A stretch of 62,964 nucleotides of DNA, counting the filler, from Octopus bimaculoides (Eukaryota): NCBI RefSeq assembly GCF_001194135.2. It is 5 parts of 5 records of this genome, joined end to end, with 100 filler letters (N's around TTAATTAATTAA, not from the genome) between each part and the next. Parts side by side here need not be neighbours in the genome. Positions count along the whole stretch, not along the records: positions 1 to 19,708 come from NC_068983.1; 4 more parts are not named here. One strand, written 5' to 3'. The first letter of the stretch is position 1, and every line of letters starts with the position of its first letter. Shown here in pieces: positions 1 through 10,197 of the stretch. The notes below the pieces were generated by a model, which was given only the letters and a program-made list of their open reading frames with translations, was not told where the DNA came from and made no database searches. The translations under genes were made by a program, and so were the position numbers.

Positions 1-594
1 ATCCATCGTAAACAACATGGGTTTATCACCCAATTAAAAAGGAGAATCCGTTTCCAAGCAAGGATTACACCCTGAAAAAGTTATGCTTTCAGTTTGATGG
101 GACATGAAGGCTGTTGTCTATCATAAAGTGTTTAACTGAAACAAAACAGTTGATGCAGGGAAGTATTTGTTGTCCGTTGGAATCATTGCAGAAAAAACGC
201 CCATCATTGGTCAGTTGCAAAGAGGTGTTGCTCTTATACGATAATGTAAGATCACATATTGCCCAAGTTATTCAAGAAATGATTATAGAACTATATGGAA
301 GGTTTGTCTCATCCCTCTTACTCTCCTGGCCTTGCTCATCTTTTCGGATCACAGTAATCTAGAGGGAAAACAGTTTAATAATTGTGAAGAGGTTAAAAAT
401 GATATCGAGTGTTTCTTTGCTTTCAAACCAGAAGAATTTTGCGCTAGAAGAATCAACAATTTGCCAAATAAATAGGATTATGTTATCAATAATGAGGGGA
501 AATGTTATCTTGGTTGAATATATCAATTAAGACCAAAGAAACATTTGTCTCTTTCCTATTTTGAAACGCGACAGATCTTTCTTTTCAACCTAAT
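1..594 (+). mobile_element. Mariner-family transposon, decayed 3' half with right terminal inverted repeat
   Basis: Frameshifted translation gives GLHPEKVMLSV*WDMKAVVY, LQKKRPSLV..VLLLYDNVRSHIAQ and KTFNNCEEVKNDIECFFAFKPEEF, typical of the mariner catalytic half. It ends in ...CTTTTCAACCTAATA|TA, a mariner-type TIR end followed by TA. Confidence 0.85.
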
Positions 595-1254
595 ATATAC
601 ATAAATATAGAAAGAGTGGGCCAAAAGTAATCAAGGGCTTTCAGTATATATGCATACAAACACATGGCATGGATCTGTTGCTGTCAGTTTTCTATTAATT
701 AAGATTTTGTTCCAATCGTTTTCAAATTTGAACTGATGTAGTTTTGTATGCAAATTATGAAAATGAAATTCATTTTTGCGATAAAAATAATAAATAAAAA
801 GTTAATAGCTTTTATAGTTTGCAAATTCGGGGTAATTTTAGCCAATCGAACGCTACAAGCCACATTGGTGCGAAGCTGGAGACTGCTTAAAACTACCAAG
901 ACGTGTATTTTCTTTACATGTGTCTTTTTTGATGAGTGCTTATTTTCTGAACTTTCACTTTTGAATTTCCGCTACAAAAAGTGTATTAATTGCAAAGAAA
1001 CTCTAGATGTGATTCAGTCATATTTGTTTGTACTCCAATCATACTCTTGAATATGCGTTTATATAATTCAACACTTTCTTCTCCTTTAGAAATGAATACG
1101 CAGCATTAAAACTTTGGATATATGGCAAAATATCAAAACATTTTAATTAATAAATCGAATTATATCGAAACGAATAGCATTTTATTTCAGTTTCAAAATT
1201 GTTTTATTTTCACTTTCTTAATGACTAGCGCGGATTTACTCTTCTTTATTTGGG

Positions 1255-1480
1255 GGTTGTAATTTTTTGCAAAAAAATTCATTAAGAATTTTTCCTTTTT
1301 AAATTGTTTACATGCCTGTTCGACCATTTCAATCCTAACCTTAGCCCTACACTCTAACCCTACACCCTAATATAACCCTAACGTACAGTTTGGTTGTTTT
1401 GTAATTTTTCGCAAAAAATTTTGTTGAGGACTTAATCCTTTTTAAAATTATTTACATGCCTGTTCAACCATTTCATATCA
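1255..1480. repeat. Imperfect ~140-bp tandem duplication enclosing degenerate (CCCTAA)-like repeats
   Basis: TTGTAATTTTT..TTTACATGCCTGTTC(G/A)ACCATTTCA occurs at ~1257-1330 and ~1399-1475, with CTAACCTTAGCCCTACACTCTAACCCTACACCCTAATATAACCCTAAC between them. Possibly part of a non-autonomous element. Confidence 0.55.
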
Positions 1481-2102
1481 CTTTATTCATCAAAACTTCT
1501 TACAACTTCCGTCGTAATGTTTTGATTTCATTTTGTTTGATAAAAATTCGTCGGCGTAACGTTTTTACTTTCATTTTGTGATAGACAACTATCACGCTGA
1601 AAGAACGTCACCTTCCAAATCCCGTTTTCTAATTGGGTAAAAATTATCAAACTTTAAACCACTGTAACATTTTTCTAAAATTTATCTGTAACAAATGAAT
1701 AATAAAATCATATTTGGCGTGAAAAATTATATCAATATACCAAATTTGAAAATTTTCACTTGATTTTAAAATTTCTAAAACTGTGATAGCAACAGAAAAG
1801 ACCCAGGCTCTATCTATTCTTTTATTCTTTATTAAAATTTCTTGACTTTTGGCGCACCCTGTACTTACAAACAAAGCGGTCTTTATAGAAGAGAAACAAC
1901 ACCGCTGAAAGCTGTTGACTGTGTGATTAGATTATATAAAGGTGCTATGTTATTCCTCTCTCAGGAATAATAGTGTCTACACCTTGCTAAGATTCTAACC
2001 GCAATACATTCTGCAGATCTATTGATAAAGAACTGAGACCTCCCCTACAGTCAACAAGAATAGTGCAGCGCGACAGCTTTTCTTGCAGTGAACCCCTAAA
2101 CA

Positions 2103-2620
2103 ATGCCGGTGGCACATAAAAAGCACCATCCGAACGTGGCCGATGCTAGTACCCCTGACTGGCTCCCATGCCGGTGGTACGTAAAAAGCACCATCCGAAC
2201 GTGGCCGATGCTAGTAACCCTGACTGGCTCCCGTGCCAGTGGCACGTAAAAAGCACNNNNNNNNNNGCACGTAAAAAGCACCATCCGAACGTGGCCGATG
2301 CTAGTACCCCTGACTGGCTCCCGTACCGGTGGCACGTAAAAAGCACCATCCGAACGTGGCCGATGCTAGTACCCCTGACTGGCTCCTGTGCCGCTGGCAC
2401 GTAAAATGCACCATCCGAACGTGGCCGATGCCAGTACCCTCTGACTGGCTCCCGTGTCAGTGGCACGTAAAAAGCACCCACTACACTCTCGGGATGGTTG
2501 GCGTTAGGAAGGGCATCCAGCTGTAGAAGCATTGCCAGATCAGATTGGAGCCTGGTGCAGCCNNNNNNNNNNGAAGCATTGCCAGATCAGATTGGAGCCT
2601 GGTGCAGCCGCTGGCTCTCC
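2103..2620 (+). mobile_element. 5'-truncated RTE LINE 3' tail with a tandem array of 65-bp units
   Basis: Units start at 2103, 2168, 2233, (gap), 2323, 2388 and 2454. They are followed by CACTACACTCTCGGGATGGTTGGCGTTAGGAAGGGCATCCAGCTGTAG, the same sequence that follows the RTE ORF at 16370-16760. Confidence 0.8.
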
Positions 2621-2681
2621 AGACAAACATAAATATACAAGCATGTATGCACGCACGCATGCACACACACACAGAAAGCCG

Positions 2682-2835
2682 TAACTGTGTGGGTGAACAG
2701 CTTGCTTCCAAACAACGTGGTTCTGAGTCCAGTCCTAGTGCGTGGCACCTTGGACAAGTGCTTTCTACTACAGCCTGCGTCGACTAAAGCCTTGAGAGTG
2801 GATTTGGTAGACAAACTGGAGTCCGTCGTGTTTCA
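2682..2835 (+). mobile_element. tRNA-derived SINE, family A head (diverged)
   Basis: Matches the copies at 5803-5958, 26476, 36790 and 49371, including GCACCTTGG(G/A)CAAGTG and GTGGATTTGGTAGAC. Confidence 0.75.
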
Positions 2836-3060
2836 CTCCACATGTATTACATGCGCTACTAATAGTTTAACGTACGTGACAAATTTGTAGTGTAAAATAT
2901 GGATTCAGAGAATCGTGCAGATATCATCACATGAAGCTCTTCTAATGAACACGGCTATCAGACTACATAATAATCCAATACAGAGAAGTGTAATGCAGAG
3001 TGTCCAAGCACCAGAAATCCAGAAGATCCGATCGATGATATTCATGAGAAGTATATAAAC

Positions 3061-3372
3061 CATAAAAAGTCAGGAGGAATGAGGGATGAATATGTTTATT
3101 TAACCACTTGACACCCTTTGGGTTACGGCCGTTTCGCAGCCATCTTCATGTAGTAATAAATTCAGTGTGAAATGAAATTATACACTTGCATTACTATGCA
3201 ATGAATATAAAATTGTATTATATGATGCATAACATGCATATTTAATGCAAACGTGTACACAATTTTATTCCTCACTAAAATTATTACATGAAGGTTGCGA
3301 AACGGCCGTAACCCTAAGGATGTCAAGTGGCTAAATGAATATATTCGTCTCTCATACCTCCTGGCTTTTATG
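3061..3372. mobile_element. Near-palindromic fold-back element (MITE-like)
   Basis: The left arm CATAAAAAGTCAGGAGG..CCACTTGACACCCTTTGGGTTACGGCCGTTTCGCAGCC matches the reverse complement of the right arm GGTTGCGAAACGGCCGTAACCCTAAGGATGTCAAGTGG..CTCCTGGCTTTTATG. It has no coding capacity. Confidence 0.8.
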
Positions 3373-3513
3373 CTTTTGTGTGTGTGTGTGTGCGTGCGCG
3401 CACATGATGACTTGCATAATTATTCTTAATTCGTTCCGACAGATTCATTTTTGTGTTCATCACATTAGAACAGCTTCTCTCTTTACGACGACATGTTCGT
3501 AACACATTTGATT

Positions 3514-3562
3514 CATTCTTGGATACCGATGTTTCGATATTTTGTGTCTCATCAGCCAGATG
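3514..3562 (-). ncRNA. Type-I hammerhead ribozyme-like motif
   Basis: Minus strand reads CATCTGG-CTGATGA-GACA CAAAA TATC-GAAAC ATCG GTA-TCCAAGAATG. The core is canonical, stem II has 3 of 4 pairs, stem III is minimal with a GUA triplet, and stem I is imperfect. Confidence 0.6.
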
Positions 3563-3728
3563 TACTCGGACTAACGAATCTGACAAAAGCCGATAGCCTT
3601 GTCAATATTTTCAGTATTATCTGTGTTGATATTTGTCAACCGATAATAAATCGCCATACGCACGGTGAACAGCAATGATCTGCATATTTATTGACACGTT
3701 CTGATTCAAGCGCAAATATGCTAATTGC

Positions 3729-4160
3729 GGTAATCTTCCAGTATAGGGAGGTAAAAAAAAGTAAATAAAAATACAAGGGAAATAACTTACGTCTTACTAG
3801 TATCATCTGTACTACTCTGAAATGTGTTTTTTTTTTTTAGCTGTTTATAAATAAATTACACACGTGATTGAAGTTAACTGTTCATATATAAATCACACAC
3901 ACGTGATTGAATATCATAGTTTCTTATGAGAGATCGAAAATGCCTCGTGGAAGACCGGCTGCACAACAACTTATTCCTCAAAACGAAATCCTCACTCGTC
4001 AATTAAAAACGAAAGAAACTATGATATTCAATCACGTGTGTGATTTATATATAAACAGTTAACTTCAATCAGAGTAATACGGATGATACGAGTAAGACGT
4101 AAGTTATTTCCCTTGTATTTTTATTTACTTTTTTTTTACCTCCCTATATGGAAGATTATC
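3729..4160. mobile_element. Mutator (MULE)-like MITE with long TIRs and a 9-bp TSD
   Basis: GCTAATTGC is duplicated at 3720-3728 and 4161-4169. TIRs of about 150 bp begin GGTAATCTTCCA / GATAATCTTCCA; the left arm carries an internal duplication. Confidence 0.85.
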
Positions 4161-5565
4161 GCTAATTGCTTTTATGTTCGCTACAGGCGAACAGCTTCCA
4201 TGATGATGATGATGATGAGGTCGACTTTGCTTTTCAACATTTCGGGATCGAGAAAATGAATATCAGTCAAGTACTGGAACCGATGTAATCGACCTGCCCC
4301 TTCCCTCAAAATTATGTCAAAATTAGAAAGATTATACAGATAACCGATCCGTTTCTTTACATGGCAGCGTGATATTACTACGTTAAACACGGACAAAATT
4401 TCATAATTTCTAAGATCAAGATTACTCTTACATGAGTAAAGAAAAATAAATCAGATTTAAACCTATTTCCGTAGAACCTACTCATGTCCTGTAATTACCA
4501 ATAGCTACATCGAAGGGTATAACGTTAGTATATGTCCCCCAAAGTCATATTAATGAGTCATAGTAACTTTGGAAAACATTCTGATTTACGTTTTGCAAGT
4601 CTTCGTGTCATATTTTACAGATTCGAAAGAAAGCATTCTAGGCATCGGTAACAGCGGCAGAAATTATCCATTCGTTCTAGAATGAAACACTTCATTCTTT
4701 TTAAAATCATGGTTTTGATGAGCAAATGAACAAAGAATACAAAGATTAAGGTTATTTTTAAACAGATGGACAATACCTTTTAATTTAACGACATAGCTTT
4801 CATACACAACAAATTTAAACTGAGAAAATCTTAAGATACGTTAAATAAGTTTAAGATAGGTTAAATGCACAAATTATTGAGAGAAAAAAAAATAATATTT
4901 CTGTTTAATTAATCCCCAACATTAGTTGATTTAATCACAAAATCTTAATTTTTTAAATAACATATTTTCTGTGGTTTTTGTTTTCAAAGCGATAGAAAAG
5001 AAATAAGCTTTTGAGAAGTTCGGTCCAAATATTTCTTAAGAGTTTACAACGGATTAAAATTATTAAACAATGGGTAAAATCTTTAAAAAAAAAAAGAAAC
5101 TTACTTCAACAGAGTCAATCCCTTAACCATTCTTTTTTCGTGTAATTGCCGTGCTTTGCGTATTTCAGAATTAGACAATGTTATCATTTCAAAAATTGGA
5201 GCACTTCATGAGACAGGGTCAACGGATCAAATAGTTTTTACCGCCAAATACGACTAGAAAGAAATGAAATATACAACACATTTTTAAAAAACTCTTAATA
5301 CACTAAAATGAAGAGACAACAGATCGATTTTAAGACATTATATATAATCAAAATAAAGATTATGAATGTTTAGAATAAAATTTGACTGATTTTAAATAGA
5401 ATGAAACTTCAAAGATGAATTCCTTTTGACATACTAAATGATGTTTTTTTTAAACTTTTAAACTCAAAACTATTGCATACAATATTTGTTATACACAACA
5501 ATAATAATAATAATAATTCGAGGTTTAACTAAGACTTGAAAATCCTTTGACTTGGCTTAGCATTT

Positions 5566-5958
5566 TTTTATTCTTTTACTTGTTTCAGTCATTTTGACTA
5601 TAGCCATGCTGGAGCACCGCCTTTTAGTCGAAGATATCGAACCCTGAACTTATTCTTTGTAAGCCTGGTACATATTTTATGGGTCCCTTTTACCGAACCG
5701 CTAAGTTACGGGGACGAAAATACACCAACATCAGTTGTCAAGCGACGGTGGGGTGACAAACACACACACACATATATATGTATACATACATATATAGATA
5801 GATATACGACGGGCTTCCTTCAGTTTCCGTCTACCAAATCCACTCACAAGGCTTTGGTCGGCCCGTGACTATAGTATAAAACACTTGCCCAAGGTGCCAC
5901 GCAGTGGAATTGAACCCGGAACCATGTAGTTGGGAAGGAAGCTTCTTACCACACAGTC
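5566..5958 (-). mobile_element. tRNA-derived SINE family A, full composite copy (head, TA/CA microsatellite, tail)
   Basis: Minus-strand head GTGTGGTAAGAAGCTT..GGTTCCGGGTTCAATTCCACTGCGTGGCACCTTGGGCAAGTG has A-box and B-box-like motifs, followed by a microsatellite and a tail ending GACTGAAACAAGTAAAAGA. Confidence 0.8.
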
Positions 5959-6726
5959 ACGGGATTTTAAATTTAAAAAAAGTAAAAGAAACCAATGAGG
6001 AGATATCTGAATTTTGGCAAATATCTATTATCGATCTTTCAGATATTTCAAATTTAGAGAGAGAATAAGCAAATAAAACCAAAATGCTTTTTAAAAATAA
6101 CATTGCACAATATTTATTGGATGATGGATTTAATCGATAGTTCTTTGATAGATATGAAAATTTCGTTTTCCAATACTAAAAATAAATATTATACGTTATG
6201 TAGACTTTAAATTTGTACTTTTAGCAATTTTCTTTCAATGGCTCTCAAATTTTCAGTAAAAGCAGCCACATTGAACTGAGATCAATGCTAGGCATATTAG
6301 CGATGTTCTCGACGATATATCTTCTCAAAAGTAGACGTATTTGATTTTATCAGATAAGAATTTTCTACGGTATTTTACTCTCTGTAAGCAATATCATTAT
6401 GACCAACTATATTTTGTATCCTTTCTACAATTCTCTACTCTGTATTTCTGCTCTGATCAGTCTTTCAATTTTCTTTTTACGCTTTGATCCTGAGGAGCGA
6501 TCGATTCCCTTTCACCCTAAGATTTCCCATAAAAACACGGCAGCTCTGTTTGTACTTCTTAATGCTTACTATCCATCCCTGGAACTAATTTGATCCGGCA
6601 GGGTCTCCGTAGATTGTGTGCGTGTGTGTGTGTGTATTTGCCTTTATACTTCTTATATCTCTCCCTTTCCAAAATAACTTCTTTTATTGAACTCAACTAT
6701 TTCCTTTTAGTTAACTCTCTCATATC

Positions 6727-6774
6727 GTCTCTGATGGTTGGATATCTTTTATATCCCTGAAACAGCTGTCAGAC
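6727..6774 (+). ncRNA. Degenerate type-I hammerhead ribozyme-like motif (Penelope pLTR type)
   Basis: GTCT-CTGATGG-TT GGATAT CTTTT ATATCC CT-GAAAC AGCT GTC-AGAC. Stem I has 4 bp, the stem II core 6 bp, and the stem III loop is the palindrome AGCT. The core has A9 changed to G and the base of stem II is unpaired. Confidence 0.6.
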
Positions 6775-7031
6775 TACTCTTCTCTTTATAAAATGTCCTA
6801 GAAATTTCACACTGGCTTTGTTGTCTTATCTTATTTAACATATACACGCTCGCACACGACCTGCCACAAACTCCTCACTCATGCAATTATTGAACCGGAA
6901 GTTTAACTACGGTCCTTACGTAGCACTTACATAGCCATACCTGCCTTTTGGGTCTTCTGGATACCAAAACCTCTCATCTATCATGTGGTTGTTCAATAAG
7001 CTATTTAACGTCTAAATCGAGGAATGAAATT

Positions 7032-7109
7032 GCCAGCGGGTAGTTTAGTTTAATGGTAAAGTACTCAGCCGGAGTCTTGAGGAATGTGGGTTCGAGTCCC
7101 ATGGCTGGT
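7032..7109 (+). pseudogene. tRNA-like sequence (tRNA pseudogene or SINE head)
   Basis: A-box TAGTTTAATGGTA, T-arm GTGGG-TTCGAGT-CCCAT and acceptor-like pairing GCCAGC/GCTGGT. A duplicated TAGTT and an irregular anticodon arm argue against a functional tRNA. Confidence 0.65.
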
Positions 7110-7674
7110 TGTTGACAACTTTTTCCGCCTTGTAAGAGTAATTTACTCATTATTTCTGCTGCCCTAACGGCAACGTTGCCTTCGAAAATATCACATTGTT
7201 CGTATCGTTCAATGCATATATATATATAAAGGAAGAAGAAAATGGAAATTGTGAAGTTTATTATCAACAACAAATCGATCATTATCCCTTACAGCTGTTT
7301 CTATTATACTTAGTGAATTAATAAGTTCATATTTCTGTGCACAATATCTTCTAATGAATCCATAAACACACATAAAACATCTAAAAGTATATATTTTCCC
7401 CCTCTGAATATATGCTCAGAAATATGGACTTAATATTTAACGAATATAAACTACAGGTTTTTATACACACCTATTATTTTAAGGAAATCAATTTCCCACC
7501 CCACCCCACCAAATATTAGGTATTGGATCAGTATTTCCTTGGATGACACCATTCTTCATGAGGCTAACATAACCTCTAATCGAATTATATATATATGCAT
7601 ATATATATGATGGACTCTCCCGTTGGTTTTAATGTATGAATGAGGATCTGACAATGTACACTTTCTTTGGCGTC

Positions 7675-7875
7675 CTAATACTTATGTCGAATGTGACATT
7701 TGAGTCCCACCAACGATTTACAAAGAAGCCCGCAAATGTTGCAAGCTTGAGGATTACGGGTCAATGCAGCGGGGTATGCTTGCAGCCGCTTTTCTGCTTT
7801 GCCTTGCACCCCTTTGCTTGTTAATGCTGGTTGAAACAAAGCCTTTTTATACCATTTTGACACGATGATCTCCAT
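7675..7875 (-). mobile_element. RTE-type LINE C-terminal fragment
   Basis: The ORF ends QACNICGLLCKSLVGLKCHIRHKY, resembling the CxxC..GLxSHxR C-terminal motif of RTE-clade ORFs. Confidence 0.6.
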
Positions 7876-8044
7876 TTTGTTGGCTCCAAGGCTGTTTGTT
7901 CAAAGGTGTTTTACACACACACACACACATGCACAACGTTCGAAACATAAAGACTCTTTTCCTTTTCAAATGTTAAGCTAATGCAATATTTATTAACCCT
8001 TGTCACTCGTGTGTAGTCTTTTGTAGGTTATATTTCTGAGCATA

Positions 8045-8463
8045 CCGTATATCCTCGAGTATAATCAGCATTTTTCCCCAAAAATTTAAAGGTCAAAATC
8101 CCTAGTGCGTACTATATACGAGGTTAAAAATGAAAAATATTTTCGAAGCAAAATTTTCTAAGTGATAAATATGTAAAGGCAATTTACTTAATATTTATTT
8201 TTCACTGACGTTATTACTGTTATTTCTTTATTTTCTGCAAAGTGCACAAAAATGCTACACATTTGCATTATGTTATATTTACAATAATAATAAAGGACGT
8301 TACCGTATATACGTTTACAAACCAAGGACATTATATAGACCTCCTTGACTCGAGTTAGAGAAGGGGTGCGTATTATACACAAGGTTTAGGTTTTTCAGAG
8401 ATACAGCCCTCTAAAAATCCCCTGCGTATTATACTCAAGGGCGGACTATACTCGAGGAATCAC
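8045..8463. mobile_element. Tc1/pogo-type MITE
   Basis: The left end TACCGTATATCCTCGAGTATAATCAGC is inverted at the right end as GCGGACTATACTCGAGGA. Internal subterminal repeats TGCGTA(C/T)TATA(T/C)..(G/A)AGG lie at ~8106, ~8367 and ~8422. Confidence 0.7.
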
Positions 8464-8804
8464 TTCAGAGGTGAAACAAAATACACCCTTAGATATTTTA
8501 TGCGTTAGTTTTTAGAATCATCACAGCAGACTGAATGATATTGTTTATGGTTAGTAATGGTATATATGTCTAGGCGGAGGGGGTTACAAGGTTTGTTGCG
8601 GGTAAGATATAATGTGCAAATATAATTAGGGCAATAAAGAGTAAATTACAATGTAAATAAGGTACAATATGAATGAGGTGAGGAATTAAATTACATTTGT
8701 AGGTTATATACAAAACTGATAAAATCTATATATAAAAATACACGCATACTTGCTATCGCACGATCATACGTTCATTTGTTGATTCAGTACATATATATCA
8801 TCAT

Positions 8805-9285
8805 CATCATCGTCGTCGTCGTTTAACGTTCGCTTTCCATGCTGGCATGGGTTGGACGGTTGGATTGAGGACTGGGGAGCCACAAGGCTGCACCAGGCTC
8901 AAACTGATCTACAGCTGGATGCCCTTCCTAACGTCAACCACTCCGAGAGTGTAGTGGGTGCTTTTACGTGCAACTGACACGAAGGCCAGACAGGCGGTTC
9001 TGGCAACGACCATGCTCAAAAGGTGTTTTTTTTACGTGTTACTTGCACGGGAGCCAGTCAGGCGGCACTGGCAACGACCACGCTCGAATGTTGTTTTTCA
9101 CGTACCACCGGCACATGTGCCGGTAAGGCGACGCTGGCAACGATCACGCTCGAATGATGCTTTTTACGTGCCACCGGCACGGGAGCCAATCCGTGGCCCT
9201 GGCAACGATCACGCTCGGAGGTGCTTTTAACGTTCCACTGGCACGAATACCAATCAGGCGGTACTGTCATCAGCCACGTCAGCGA
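8805..9285 (-). mobile_element. 5'-truncated RTE 3' tail with diverged array units and (GAT)n end
   Basis: (CAT)n-CGTTTAACGTTCGCTTTCCATGCTGGCATGGGTTGG is the reverse complement of the RTE 3' terminus at 16700-16759. Several GCTTTTTACGTGCCACCGGCAC-type units follow. Confidence 0.8.
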
Positions 9286-10028
9286 TTTTGATTCAGAAGG
9301 TGAGATCTGGAGATGCTTAATATAGAAAACATGTAGTAGTGCTCAAATAATTTGAATTTAAACTCCGAAATCTTTATCGAAGATTAGGTCCAACGAGTAA
9401 AATAATGGCTACAGAAGAAATCCAGGTGAGCTGATATNNNNNNNNNNNNNNNNNNNNNNNNNNNNNNNNNNNNNNNNNNNNNNNNNNNNNNNNNNNNNNN
9501 NNNNNNNNNNNNNNNNNNNNNNNNNNNNNNNNNNNNNNNNNNNNNNNNNNNNNNNNNNNNNNNNNNNNNNNNNNNNNNNNNNNNNNNNNNNNNNNNNNNN
9601 NNNNNNNNNNNNNNNNNNNNNNNNNNNNNNNNNNNNNNNNNNNNNNNNNNNNNNNNNNNNNNNNNNNNNNNNNNNNNNNNNNNNNNNNNNNNNNNNNNNN
9701 NNNNNNNNNNNNNNNNNNNNNNNNNNNNNNNNNNNNNNNNNNNNNNNNNNNNNNNNNNNNNNNNNNNNNNNNNNNNNNNNNNNNNNNNNNNNNNNNNNNN
9801 NNNNNNNNNNNNNNNNNNNNNNNNNNNNNNNNNNNNNNNNNNNNNNNNNNNNNNNNNNNNNNNNNNNNNNNNNNNNNNNNNNNNNNNNNNNNNNNNNNNN
9901 NNNNNNNNNNNNNNNNNNNNNNNNNNNNNNNNNNNNNNNNNNNNNNNNNNNNNNNNNNNNNNNNNNNNNNNNNNNNNNNNNNNNNNNNNNNNNNNNNNNN
10001 NNNNNNNNNNNNNNNNNNNNNNNNNNNN

Positions 10029-10093
<65 letters not shown>

Positions 10094-10197
10094 TAGATAG
10101 ATAGATAGATAGATATATAGATAGATAGATAGATAGATAAATTTACATAGTGCATATATAATACAGAATACTAATGAGAGAATGCATAGTTTAACTC

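Noticed and set aside
1335-1382. Telomere-like CCCTAA repeats
   Set aside because: Short, degenerate and interstitial; not a telomere.
2103-2480. Regular tandem array resembling a CRISPR array
   Set aside because: Units are full-length copies of each other with no unique spacers, there are no cas genes, the context is eukaryotic, and it is part of the RTE 3' UTR.
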